This document shows positions 38,758 through 47,731 of a DNA stretch of 64,000 nt, piece after piece (position 1 is the first letter of the stretch; each line of letters opens with the position of its first letter). Position numbers and translations under genes: made by a program. The notes below the pieces were generated by a model, which made no database searches, was not told the origin of the DNA, and was given only the letters and a program-made list of their open reading frames with translations. Source of the stretch: Myxococcota bacterium (GTDB lineage: Bacteria; Myxococcota_A; UBA796; UBA2385); NCBI GenBank assembly GCA_044344255.1, contig JBIJDH010000001.1:448001-512000 (forward strand), given 5' to 3'.

Positions 38758-41373
38758 TCAGTCGACCAGCCGCTTGAGGTCGTCCATGTACTGCTGGACC
38801 ACCGCGTCGTCGAACTGGAGGCCGCCCCCGTCGGAGCGGAACTGGAGCACCCCCTCCTCCCGCCAGGCCTGCACGGCGTTGGTGAGGTTGACGAGGGACA
38901 GGGACTCGGGGCGGCTGAGCTCGTCCACGGCGAGCAGGCCCTTGCCCACCTCCTGGACCCGCAGCGGCAGCTGATCGGGCCGGAGATCGCGGGAACGGAG
39001 CGCCCTGGCGGCCCGGAGCACGAGGGCGTAGCTCTCGAGCAGGTTGCGGGTGAGCTCGGCCAGCTCGGTCACGAGCTTCGGCTCGACGACGACCAGCTGG
39101 CCATCGGCCTCTTCGCGGAGGGCGCCGTAGGAGATGAGGCTCCGCAGGGCCTCGTCTTCGAGCGACTCGAGACTGCGGTCGGGGTCGAGGGTGAGCTCGT
39201 AGCGGAGCAAGAAGAGCTGCTCGCGGAAGAGGCGACGGAGCTCGGCCCGCGGCAGGTCGGCGGCCTGCTCCCGGCAGGCCCGCACCGAGGCGGCGAAGAG
39301 GCTCTCTGGCACCAGGAAATTGAGCAGGGAATTCTTGTAATACTCGAGGGTGATCCGCTTGGCCTCGAGGAGCTGGAGGATGTCACCCTCCTCGTCCTTG
39401 ACCCGGCTCAACAGACGCCGCTTCTCGAAGCGCTGAACGGCCTCGACCACGCCGCTGCGGCCGATGGAGCCCCCGGCCCCGAACTCCGCCCCCTTCCGCT
39501 GGAGGAGGCGCTCGAAGCGCTCGACGCGGGCGACGAGCTCATTCATCCGCACACCCCGCTTCGACTGCGCGAGGAGGGCGAGGGCGGTCAGGCCCGTCGG
39601 CAGGATGACGAGGCGCTCGGAGATGCGGTACAGGAGCCGCTCTCCGGTGCGCTCGAGCACCTCTCGCCGGTGGTCGCGATCGAGGGTGGCCCAGGGGGCC
39701 GGCAGGTCGGAGAAGAGGGCGCGGGTGCTGATCGGCTCGCCCACCCGGAGGTAGACCTTGCCGAAGCGGCGGCCGATCACCCGCCCCGCCTTGACCACCT
39801 GGCCGAGGTCTTCCCGCTCCTTCGTCGCTCCGCCGAGCTCGCTCGCATACGAGCGCTCCTCGGCGATCTGCTCGTAGCAGACCGCGATCGGGAGGAGGGT
39901 GACCTCTTGATCCTTCTGCTGGCGGGCCGCGGCGTCCATCACCATCGAGAGCACGCCGAGGCGCGCCGGCAGCAGCTTGCCGGTGCGGCTTCGCCCCCCC
40001 TCGATGAAGAACTCGACCGGGAAGCCGTCGCGGAGCAGCTGCCGGAGGTAGCGCTCGAAGACGACCGGAAACACCCGGTCGCCCTTGAAGCTGCGCTTGA
40101 TGAAGAAGGCCCCCGCCCGTCGGAACAGCGGCCCGAGCGGCCAGAAGGAGAGGTTGTCGCCGGCGACCACGTGCGGAACGACCAGATCGTGCTCGTACAT
40201 CACCGTGGAGACGAGCAGGTAGTCGAGGTGGGAGCGATGACAGGGCACGAGCACGGGGGTGCCGGCGCGCATCGCCGCCCGCAGGCGCTGGGCGTCCTCG
40301 GGGCGCATGTCGATGCCGGCGAAGATGCGGTTGAACAGCATCTTCGTGAAGGCGTACGCGACCTGGACCACGGGGAAGCTCATCCGGGCCGCGATCTGGT
40401 CAAGGACCTTCGCCACCTCGGCCTGGACGACGGGCGCGGCGCGGTGGGTGGCTCGCGCCTCCTCGGTCACGAGGCGCTGGACCTCCGGGGAGTGCAGCAC
40501 GAGGCGCCGCATCCAGCGCAGGGGCCGGATGCGCGGCCCTCGGATGACGTGGGACTCCCGGTAGAGGTAGCGCCGGAGCAGGATGCGGGCCGCCCTCACC
40601 TGCCGGGCTGGGGGCTCGGCCTTGTACCGCTCGAGCAGCTCCCGGAGGTCGAGCGGCTCGCCGGCCTGGACGAGGGCGACGCTCGTGCGGGTGAGCACGT
40701 TCCAGAGCTTCTGGAAGGTCCCCGGCTCGTCCTGGGAGCCGAGCAGCACACGAGCCACCTCGGTGCGGGCGAGCTCCGGGCGGCGGTGCCAGGCCACCAC
40801 GACGGGCACCACCTGGACCGGCGCGCTCGAGCGGGCCTGGGCCTCGACGAGGGCGCTGATGGGGTCCGGGGCCTCGACGCCGAGCGCGTCGGAGACGATG
40901 TCTCGCTCGGGCACGAGGAAGACGCAGGTGGTCAGCCCGCGCGACACGGCCTCGGCCAGCCAGCCGGAGTCGACGGGATCGGGGGCCTTCCCGCCGCGGA
41001 GCCGGGCCACGAAGGCGCCCTTGATCTCGCGGACGGCCTCGATGAAGGGCTGGAACCAGGTGGAGCGGATGCCGAGCGAGAAGGCGGCGAGCGGCAACCG
41101 CCGCCCGTTCAAGACCCGGTTGAGGGCCAGCCAGTCGATGAGCGAAGGGGTGTGGAGCGCGTAGACCACCGGGCCGCGGGAGGCCGCCTGGCGGATGTTC
41201 TCCGCCGAGTGCTCCTCCAGCCGGAGGCGCCGGAGGAGGATCCCGAGCCCGCACAGCCAGTAGAGCAAGCCGAAGCGCCGGACCATCGCGGAGCGGTACC
41301 GGCCCTCCCAGGACAGCGCGGGATCGGGGCGCTCGGGGCTGGGCGCGGGGGCGGGGAGGCCGGATGGGTCCAT
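38758..41373 (-). CDS. plsB: Glycerol-3-phosphate O-acyltransferase
   Basis: HRSHLD, GAFFIKR, FFIEGGRSRTGK. Confidence 0.88.
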   Translation of the reverse strand: MDPSGLPAPAPSPERPDPALSWEGRYRSAMVRRFGLLYWLCGLGILLRRLRLEEHSAENIRQAASRGPVVYALHTPSLIDWLALNRVLNGRRLPLAAFSLGIRSTWFQPFIEAVREIKGAFVARLRGGKAPDPVDSGWLAEAVSRGLTTCVFLVPERDIVSDALGVEAPDPISALVEAQARSSAPVQVVPVVVAWHRRPELARTEVARVLLGSQDEPGTFQKLWNVLTRTSVALVQAGEPLDLRELLERYKAEPPARQVRAARILLRRYLYRESHVIRGPRIRPLRWMRRLVLHSPEVQRLVTEEARATHRAAPVVQAEVAKVLDQIAARMSFPVVQVAYAFTKMLFNRIFAGIDMRPEDAQRLRAAMRAGTPVLVPCHRSHLDYLLVSTVMYEHDLVVPHVVAGDNLSFWPLGPLFRRAGAFFIKRSFKGDRVFPVVFERYLRQLLRDGFPVEFFIEGGRSRTGKLLPARLGVLSMVMDAAARQQKDQEVTLLPIAVCYEQIAEERSYASELGGATKEREDLGQVVKAGRVIGRRFGKVYLRVGEPISTRALFSDLPAPWATLDRDHRREVLERTGERLLYRISERLVILPTGLTALALLAQSKRGVRMNELVARVERFERLLQRKGAEFGAGGSIGRSGVVEAVQRFEKRRLLSRVKDEEGDILQLLEAKRITLEYYKNSLLNFLVPESLFAASVRACREQAADLPRAELRRLFREQLFLLRYELTLDPDRSLESLEDEALRSLISYGALREEADGQLVVVEPKLVTELAELTRNLLESYALVLRAARALRSRDLRPDQLPLRVQEVGKGLLAVDELSRPESLSLVNLTNAVQAWREEGVLQFRSDGGGLQFDDAVVQQYMDDLKRLVD

Positions 41374-41404
41374 CCCCACCGAGTAACCGGCCCGACCGGA
41401 ACGG

Positions 41405-42526
41405 TCAGGGCGGCCCCACTTCCACGGTCGCGGTCGCGGTCGACCCGTCACCCACACCGGCCGCCTCGAGCACCTGCCGGCTCACCGTCTGCCAGCTCCG
41501 CACCCGGGGGTGCGTCCGGCGACCGAGCCAGCGGCGGCCGGCCTCGATGTAGGCCCCGTCGTCGGCCGGCGGCACGACGGTGCCCCCCTGCTCGAGGATC
41601 TCCCGCACGTCTCCGACGTCTCCGGCCACCACCGGCGTGCCCTGCGCCCGGTAGTCGAGCAGCTTCAAGGGGCAGAACCAGGGAGGGGTGTCCTCCGGGT
41701 AGGGCGCGAGGGCGAGATCGAGGGCGGCCACGGCGTCGGCGAGGTCTTGGGCGCGCAGGTATCCGGGGGCGACCGCCCCGAGCGGCAGATCTGCCGGACG
41801 AGGCCCGATGAGGGCGAGGCGAGCGTGGAGCGCCACCGCGATGCGGCCGAGACGCTCGATGCCGTGCCACTGGCGCATCGAGCCGACAAAGCCCACCAGC
41901 GGCTCATCCTGGGCCACCCCCAAGAGGCGCCGCCCCCGCTCTCGATCACCCCGCACCGGCACCACGCCGTTCGGGATCCAGCGCACGTTGCGGCAGCCCA
42001 CCTCCTCGGTGAGCCAGCGCACGAGCCAGCGGCTCACCGCCACCACCACCGGCGCGGCGAGCAGCACCTGGCGCTCCCATCGGTCTGCCCAGCGGGGCTG
42101 GAGGACGGTCTCGAAGCGGGAGCGCTCCACCACGGGGGGCGCGTTGACCTCGAGCACCCAGGGCCGGCCGAGCCGATCGTGGAGCCGCCAGCCCGCGTCG
42201 CTGAAGAGCGTGTGCCGCTCGATGATCACGTCCGGGGTCCAGCCCTCGAAGGCGTCGTGCAGCACCCGATCGGCGAGGCAGCGGGCGGCCCGCACCTCCC
42301 GCATCTCGCCGTAGCGCTTGAGCCAGGACGGCCAGCCGGGCACCCCCGTGATGATCGCCGGGGTGGGCTCGCCGAAGCGGCCCCGTCGATCAACAGACTG
42401 GGCGGCGTAGAGCCGGGTGTCATGCTCCCGGGCCAGGGCCGCGCAGAGCCCGCGCACGTGGCTGCTCGAGCCGCTCGGCCCCTGGACCGGGATCCCGGGC
42501 GCCGGGAGCAGGTAGGCGACGCGCAG
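41405..42526 (-). CDS. GT4 glycosyltransferase (probable CTG start)
   Basis: (M)RVAYLLPAPGIPVQGPSGSSSHV; LEVNAP; FVGSMRQWHG; CPLKLLDY. Confidence 0.85.
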   Translation of the reverse strand: MRVAYLLPAPGIPVQGPSGSSSHVRGLCAALAREHDTRLYAAQSVDRRGRFGEPTPAIITGVPGWPSWLKRYGEMREVRAARCLADRVLHDAFEGWTPDVIIERHTLFSDAGWRLHDRLGRPWVLEVNAPPVVERSRFETVLQPRWADRWERQVLLAAPVVVAVSRWLVRWLTEEVGCRNVRWIPNGVVPVRGDRERGRRLLGVAQDEPLVGFVGSMRQWHGIERLGRIAVALHARLALIGPRPADLPLGAVAPGYLRAQDLADAVAALDLALAPYPEDTPPWFCPLKLLDYRAQGTPVVAGDVGDVREILEQGGTVVPPADDGAYIEAGRRWLGRRTHPRVRSWQTVSRQVLEAAGVGDGSTATATVEVGPP

Positions 42527-42535
42527 CGGGGCCCC

Positions 42536-43654
42536 TCAGCCGCGGGCGGCGGCGAAGGCGGCTTCGAGGTCAGCCTGGAGGTCGATGACGTGCTCCACGC
42601 CCACGCTCAGGCGGATGAGGCCGTCCGGCAGGCCGATCGAGGCCCGCACCGCCGCCGGGATGGAGGCGTGGGTCATGATGGCCGGGAGCTCGATCAGGCT
42701 CTCCACGCCGCCCAGGCTCTCGGCCAGGGTGAAGAGCGAGGTGCCCTTCACGAAGCGCACGGCGGCGTCGAGGTCTCCGTCGAGCACGAAGGAGATCATC
42801 CCGCCGAAGCCCGGATAATGCACCTTGACCACGTCGCTCCGCTCGCTGAGCCAGGCCACGAGCGCGCGCGCGTTCTCGGTGTGGCGCTCCATCCGGAGGT
42901 GCAGCGTCTTGATGCCGCGCATCGTGAGGAAGCAGTCCCAGGGCCCCGGGACGGCGCCGCAGGCGTTCTGGAGGAAGGCGAGGCGCTGGTGCAGGGCGTC
43001 GTCATTGGTGATGACCGCGCCGCCCACGACGTCGCTGTGGCCGCCCATGTACTTGGTGGTGCTGTGCACCACGATGTCGGCCCCGAGCGAGAGGGGCCGC
43101 TGGTAGACCGGCGTGGCGAAGGTGTTGTCAACCACCACCAAGGCGCCCACCGCGTGCGCCTTCTCGACCACCGCCGCGATGTCGGTGGTCTTGAGCAGCG
43201 GGTTCGTGGGCGACTCGAGCCAGACGAGCTTCGTGCCCGCGGGGATCACCGCCTCGGGCTTCGAGAGATCGACGAAGGAGAACTCAATGCCGAAGCGCGA
43301 CCACTCCCGCGTGAACAGACGGTACGTCCCACCGTAGACGTCATCTCCACAGACCACCTTGTCCCCCGCCGACAGCGTGCGGATGACGGTGTCGGTGGCG
43401 GCGAGGCCCGAGGCGAAGCAGAGGCCGTGCTTGCCCCCCTCGAGGGCGGCGATGCAGGCCTGCAGCGCGCTGCGGGTGGGGTTGTGGGTGCGACTGTACT
43501 CCCAGGGCCACTCACCGGGGTGCGGCTGGGCGTAGGTGGAGGTCTGGAAGACCGGCACCATCACAGCGCCGGTGACCGCCTCTGGGGGCTGACCGGCGTG
43601 GATGGCCAGGGTGCCGAGCTGGAGCGCCTTGTCCGAGTGTGCGACCGGCTTCAT
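42536..43654 (-). CDS. Cystathionine gamma-lyase/synthase (PLP)
   Basis: YSRTHNPTR, ESPTNP, DNTF, HSTTKYMGGHSD, LAESLGGVESL. Confidence 0.93.
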   Translation of the reverse strand: MKPVAHSDKALQLGTLAIHAGQPPEAVTGAVMVPVFQTSTYAQPHPGEWPWEYSRTHNPTRSALQACIAALEGGKHGLCFASGLAATDTVIRTLSAGDKVVCGDDVYGGTYRLFTREWSRFGIEFSFVDLSKPEAVIPAGTKLVWLESPTNPLLKTTDIAAVVEKAHAVGALVVVDNTFATPVYQRPLSLGADIVVHSTTKYMGGHSDVVGGAVITNDDALHQRLAFLQNACGAVPGPWDCFLTMRGIKTLHLRMERHTENARALVAWLSERSDVVKVHYPGFGGMISFVLDGDLDAAVRFVKGTSLFTLAESLGGVESLIELPAIMTHASIPAAVRASIGLPDGLIRLSVGVEHVIDLQADLEAAFAAARG

Positions 43655-45036
43655 GCGGCGCTCCCGCGGGTCTCGGAGATGAAGTCGATGAGGTCGATCC
43701 GGGTGATGATGTCGACCGGCGCGTGGTCGTTATCGAGGACGATCGCCACCTTGAAGCGGCGGAAGAGCTCTGTCAGCACCGCGACCTCGGTGTCCCGGTC
43801 GACGGTGCAGTACGAGGCCTCGACCAGATCGGCCACCGGCACATCCGAGCGCCCACCCTCGAGCGCCTTCTCGAGCAGCCGCTTGTCAAAGAGCACGCCC
43901 TGGATGCGGCCGCCCTCCATCACCGGCACCTGGCTGATGCCGTGCATCTTGAGGACGCCGATGACCTCGGCCACCCGCGCCGAGGGGCGCACGGTGACGA
44001 GGCTGCGCTTGCCGCGGAAGGCCATGAGGTCAGCCACGGAGCCCATGCGGGTGTCGGGCTCGAGGAAGCCGTTCTCGCGCATCCAGCTGTCATTGAAGAT
44101 CTTGGACAGGTACTTGTTGGCTCCGTCGGGGAGCAACACGACGGCCGTCAGGCCCTCCCGGTCGTGGCGACGGAGGTACTTGAGCGCGCCCGCGACAGCG
44201 GCACCCGAGGAGCCCCCGCAGAAGAGGCCCTCTTCACGCACGAGGCGGCGGGTGGTCTGGAAACACTCCTTGTCATTGACCCGCACCACGTCGTCGACGT
44301 ACTGGAAGTCCATGGTGGAGGGGAGGAAGTCCTCACCGATGCCCTCGATCACATAAGTGTGGGGCTGGGTGAGCTGACCGGTGCTGAAGTAGTCGTAGTA
44401 GAGCGAGCCGACAGGGTCCACGCCCACGACCTTGATCTCTGGCTTCTGCTCCTTCAGGTACTTTCCGGTGCCCGTGATCGTCCCGCCCGTGCCGAGGCCG
44501 GCGAAGAAGGCGTCGATCTTGCCGTCGATTTGGTTGTACAGCTCGGGCCCGGTGCTCTTGTAGTGGGCCCGCGGGTTGGCGTCGTTGTGGTACTGATTGG
44601 CGTAGAAGGCGTTCGGCGTCTCGGCCACGAGCCGCTTGGCGGTCTGGTAGTAGGAGCGCGGATCTTCGGCGTCGACGTTGGTGGGGGTGATGACCACCCG
44701 CGCGCCCCAGGCCCGCAGCGCCGCCCGCTTCTCCTCGGACTGCTTGTCCGGCATCACGAAGATGCTGCGATAGCCGCGCAGAGCGGCGACCATGGCGAGG
44801 CCTGCGCCGGTGTTCCCACTCGTGGCCTCGATGATGGTGCCCCCCGGCTTGATCGCGCCGGTGCGCTCGGCCTCATCGAGGATCTCGATCGCGATGCGGT
44901 CTTTGACCGAACCGGCCGGGTTCATGTACTCCAGCTTGGCATAGAGCGTGGACTTGAGCCCCTCCGTGACGTGGTTCAGCCGAACGAGCGGCGTATCGCC
45001 TACACACTGGAGGATGTTGTCGTGGACCTTGTGCAT
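43651..45036 (-). CDS. Cystathionine beta-synthase with C-terminal CBS domains
   Basis: NPAGSVKDR, TSGNTG, GTGGT, YLSKIFNDSW, CBS pair. Confidence 0.93.
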   Translation of the reverse strand: MHKVHDNILQCVGDTPLVRLNHVTEGLKSTLYAKLEYMNPAGSVKDRIAIEILDEAERTGAIKPGGTIIEATSGNTGAGLAMVAALRGYRSIFVMPDKQSEEKRAALRAWGARVVITPTNVDAEDPRSYYQTAKRLVAETPNAFYANQYHNDANPRAHYKSTGPELYNQIDGKIDAFFAGLGTGGTITGTGKYLKEQKPEIKVVGVDPVGSLYYDYFSTGQLTQPHTYVIEGIGEDFLPSTMDFQYVDDVVRVNDKECFQTTRRLVREEGLFCGGSSGAAVAGALKYLRRHDREGLTAVVLLPDGANKYLSKIFNDSWMRENGFLEPDTRMGSVADLMAFRGKRSLVTVRPSARVAEVIGVLKMHGISQVPVMEGGRIQGVLFDKRLLEKALEGGRSDVPVADLVEASYCTVDRDTEVAVLTELFRRFKVAIVLDNDHAPVDIITRIDLIDFISETRGSAA

Positions 45037-45208
45037 CGGTGCTCCCCGGGGGCGCGCCTTTACCCGATGGGCCGAAGAACCGCCACGCAGGCGGCCTGCG
45101 GCCGCGCCCGATCCGGTAGGATATGCGGGCCGGGGGCTCCGCCGACCCGCCGGTCGGACCCTACTCCCCCGGGCCTCCATCCCGAAGAACGCACCGCAGG
45201 GCTCACTC

Positions 45209-46801
45209 GTGGACGACATCAGGGACCGCATCGTACGCAGGGGAGACTACGTCCGGGGCTCCTTCCTCAAACCCGAATCGGTCGACGGCTACATCAACGC
45301 CGTCAACCCGGGTGACCGGAGCGACGTCCTCGGTCGATTCCCCTTCTCGGAGGCCAGCGTAGACGACGCCGTGGAGGCCGCGACCAACGGCTCCCGCGCC
45401 TGGCGTCGCCTGCCCCTGAACGACCGCGCCACGGTCGTCCGTCGCTTCCGCGACAACATCGCCCGCTTCCAGGAGCGCATCGCCCGCCTCGTCACCCGTG
45501 AGACCGGTAAGGCCATCTGGGAGTCCCGCCAGGAGGTGCTGGCGGCCATCCGCGCGATCGACCTCTTCCTCGATGAGGGGGTCCAGCTCCTCGCGCCGCG
45601 GGTGATCGAAGACATCGGCGCCCGCTCCGATCGGCTGCCCCGCGGCGTCGTCGCCATGCTCTGCCCCTACAACTTCCCCGTGCTCCTCCCCGCCTCGCAA
45701 GGGGCGGCGGCGGTGCTCGCCGGCAACGCGATCGTCGTCAAGCCGAGCAAGTTCACCCCGGGCGTCGGCCAGACCCTCGCCGAGCTCTGGGACCGCTGCA
45801 AGCTGCCGCGCGGCGTCTACAACATGGTGCAGGGACCGGGCACGGTGATCGGCACCCGGATGGTGCAGCACCCCGGCGTAGACGCGGTGATCTTCACCGG
45901 CAACTACGCCACCGCCGCCCACCTCCGCCAGGCGACCCCCGACCGCCCCGAGCTGCCCATGATCCTCCAGTGTGGAGGTAAGGGCATCGCCATCGTCCTC
46001 GACGACGCCGAGCTCGACCGCGCCGTCTACGAGGTCATGGTCAGCGCCTTCCTCACGAGCGGTCAGCGGCACAACTCGACAGGCCGGGTCATCGTCACCG
46101 AGGGCATCTACGAGAGCTTCGCCAACGCCCTCGTGCGCCACAGCGCGCGCCTGACGGTCGGCTACGGCTTCGACCATGACGTCTTCATGGGCCCGGTGAT
46201 CTCCGAGAACCTGCGCGCACGCTATCGCCGCTTCGGCCGCACCCTGGTGAGCAAGGGGCACGAGGCCCTGCTCGACGCCAACCCCGAGAAGATCGAGCGC
46301 CGCGGCTTCTACGCCCGCCCGGCCATCTTCCGGGTCCACTGGGAGAACGGCGACCCCTGCCTCGTGGACGAGCCCCCCGGGCCGATGCTGCTCATCTACA
46401 AGGTGGCCAACTGGGAAGAGGCCACAGCGCTGCACAACCAGGCCGCCTTCCGCGCCTCCACGAGCGTCTTCACGCGGACGGACAGCCCGGTCCTCAATGA
46501 GCTGCGCGACCGTGTCCGAACGGGCGCCCTCAACATCAACCGCGGCACCATCGGCGCCTCGCTGCGCCTGCCCTCGGTGGGGCTCGGGCGCAGCAGCAAC
46601 GGTGTCCCGGCGGGGCTCGAGATCCTGCAGGTGCTCACCCACCCGCGCTCTCAGCTCATCGAAGTGCGCCCCTTCACGGGCTCCCCGGTGCTGCCGGGCA
46701 CGAACTGGAACCTCCCCCCCTCGCACGAGCCCGAGGTGGAGGTGGAAGACACCGACGAGAGCGACGACCTCTCCGCCTCCCTCGAGCTCTCCGCCGAGTA
46801 G
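45209..46801 (+). CDS. Aldehyde dehydrogenase-fold protein (AstD-like) lacking canonical catalytic residues
   Basis: ETGK, PYNFP, KPSK, FTGN; LQCGGK in place of LELGGK; SGQRHNS in place of GQRC. Confidence 0.85.
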   Translation: MDDIRDRIVRRGDYVRGSFLKPESVDGYINAVNPGDRSDVLGRFPFSEASVDDAVEAATNGSRAWRRLPLNDRATVVRRFRDNIARFQERIARLVTRETGKAIWESRQEVLAAIRAIDLFLDEGVQLLAPRVIEDIGARSDRLPRGVVAMLCPYNFPVLLPASQGAAAVLAGNAIVVKPSKFTPGVGQTLAELWDRCKLPRGVYNMVQGPGTVIGTRMVQHPGVDAVIFTGNYATAAHLRQATPDRPELPMILQCGGKGIAIVLDDAELDRAVYEVMVSAFLTSGQRHNSTGRVIVTEGIYESFANALVRHSARLTVGYGFDHDVFMGPVISENLRARYRRFGRTLVSKGHEALLDANPEKIERRGFYARPAIFRVHWENGDPCLVDEPPGPMLLIYKVANWEEATALHNQAAFRASTSVFTRTDSPVLNELRDRVRTGALNINRGTIGASLRLPSVGLGRSSNGVPAGLEILQVLTHPRSQLIEVRPFTGSPVLPGTNWNLPPSHEPEVEVEDTDESDDLSASLELSAE

Positions 46802-46820
46802 GCGGGCGCCGCGAGCGCGG

Positions 46821-46851
46821 GGAGGGCCCAGGGCCCCCCGCGGGCCCCTCC
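46821..46851. terminator. Hairpin between convergent genes
   Basis: GGAGGGCCC...GGGCCCCTCC. Confidence 0.4.
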
Positions 46852-46900
46852 GACCCAGCCCGTCGAGACGAGCACCTCACGGTGACGATCCCCGTGAGGA

Positions 46901-47677
46901 TCAGCCGCCTGCGGGCTTCTCCGGCGGCTTCTCACCCGGCGGAGGACCGCCGCCCGGAGGCGGACCGCCCCCTGGCGGGGGACCCCCTGCGCCTTCGGGG
47001 CCGCCGGGAGGGCCCCCCGGGCCGGCGGGGGGGCCGCCAGCGCCACCCGCGCCGCCAGGACCCCCGGGGCCGCCGCCGGGGCCGCCGCCCGTGGGGGCGT
47101 CGGTGAGGGTGAGGGTCACGCCGCTGACATCGGCGGCGGTGGAGCCCAGATCCTTGCCCTCGGCGATCATGTCGGGCTTGCCGGACAGCTTGCCGTCCTT
47201 GTTGGCGTCACAGAGCGCAGCGAGGCGGAGCTCCTGGCCCTTGGGCACCAGCACCGAGAAGGGGCCGACCGCGGCGGGCTCGGTGGAGGTGAGCGGGCCG
47301 GGGGGGATGGAGGGGTCCGAGGGCGGCTTGGCGCCGATGACGTCCACCCGCAGCGTGCCAGCGCACTCGCCGACGATGGTGCCCGAGACCGTGACATGCT
47401 CGCCGGCGGCGATGTCCTGCTGGGTCTTCTGGGGCTTCATCGTATTGAGGTCAAACTCGGGCCCGCCGCCCGGGCCGCCCCCCGCGCCGCCGGGGCCCCC
47501 CGCGCCGCCGGGGCCGCCGGGACCACCCGGACCACCCGGGCCACCCTCCGCGCCGCCCGGGCCAGCGCCCGGACCACCCGGGCCTCCACCCGCGCCGGGG
47601 GCGTTCCCGGGCTGCTCAGAGGGGGCGGGGCAGGCCGCGAGGCTCAGCAGGAGCGGCAACATCATCCAGGACCGCAT
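46901..47677 (-). CDS. Gly/Pro-rich lipoprotein
   Basis: LAAC lipobox; GGP repeats flank a small domain containing DANKDG. Confidence 0.75.
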   Translation of the reverse strand: MRSWMMLPLLLSLAACPAPSEQPGNAPGAGGGPGGPGAGPGGAEGGPGGPGGPGGPGGAGGPGGAGGGPGGGPEFDLNTMKPQKTQQDIAAGEHVTVSGTIVGECAGTLRVDVIGAKPPSDPSIPPGPLTSTEPAAVGPFSVLVPKGQELRLAALCDANKDGKLSGKPDMIAEGKDLGSTAADVSGVTLTLTDAPTGGGPGGGPGGPGGAGGAGGPPAGPGGPPGGPEGAGGPPPGGGPPPGGGPPPGEKPPEKPAGG

Positions 47678-47731
47678 GACAACATCCTCCCAGGGGCGGG
47701 AACGCACGAAGGTCAGGGGAGCCGAGGGCGC

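Noticed and set aside
42536..42538. Selenocysteine or readthrough fusion of cystathionine lyase and GT4
   Set aside because: The lyase ends at its normal C-terminus, no SECIS is evident, and a CTG start with RBS is simpler.
46901..47677. Collagen-like protein
   Set aside because: Repeats are GGP/GGA with register breaks, not a sustained Gly-X-Y helix.
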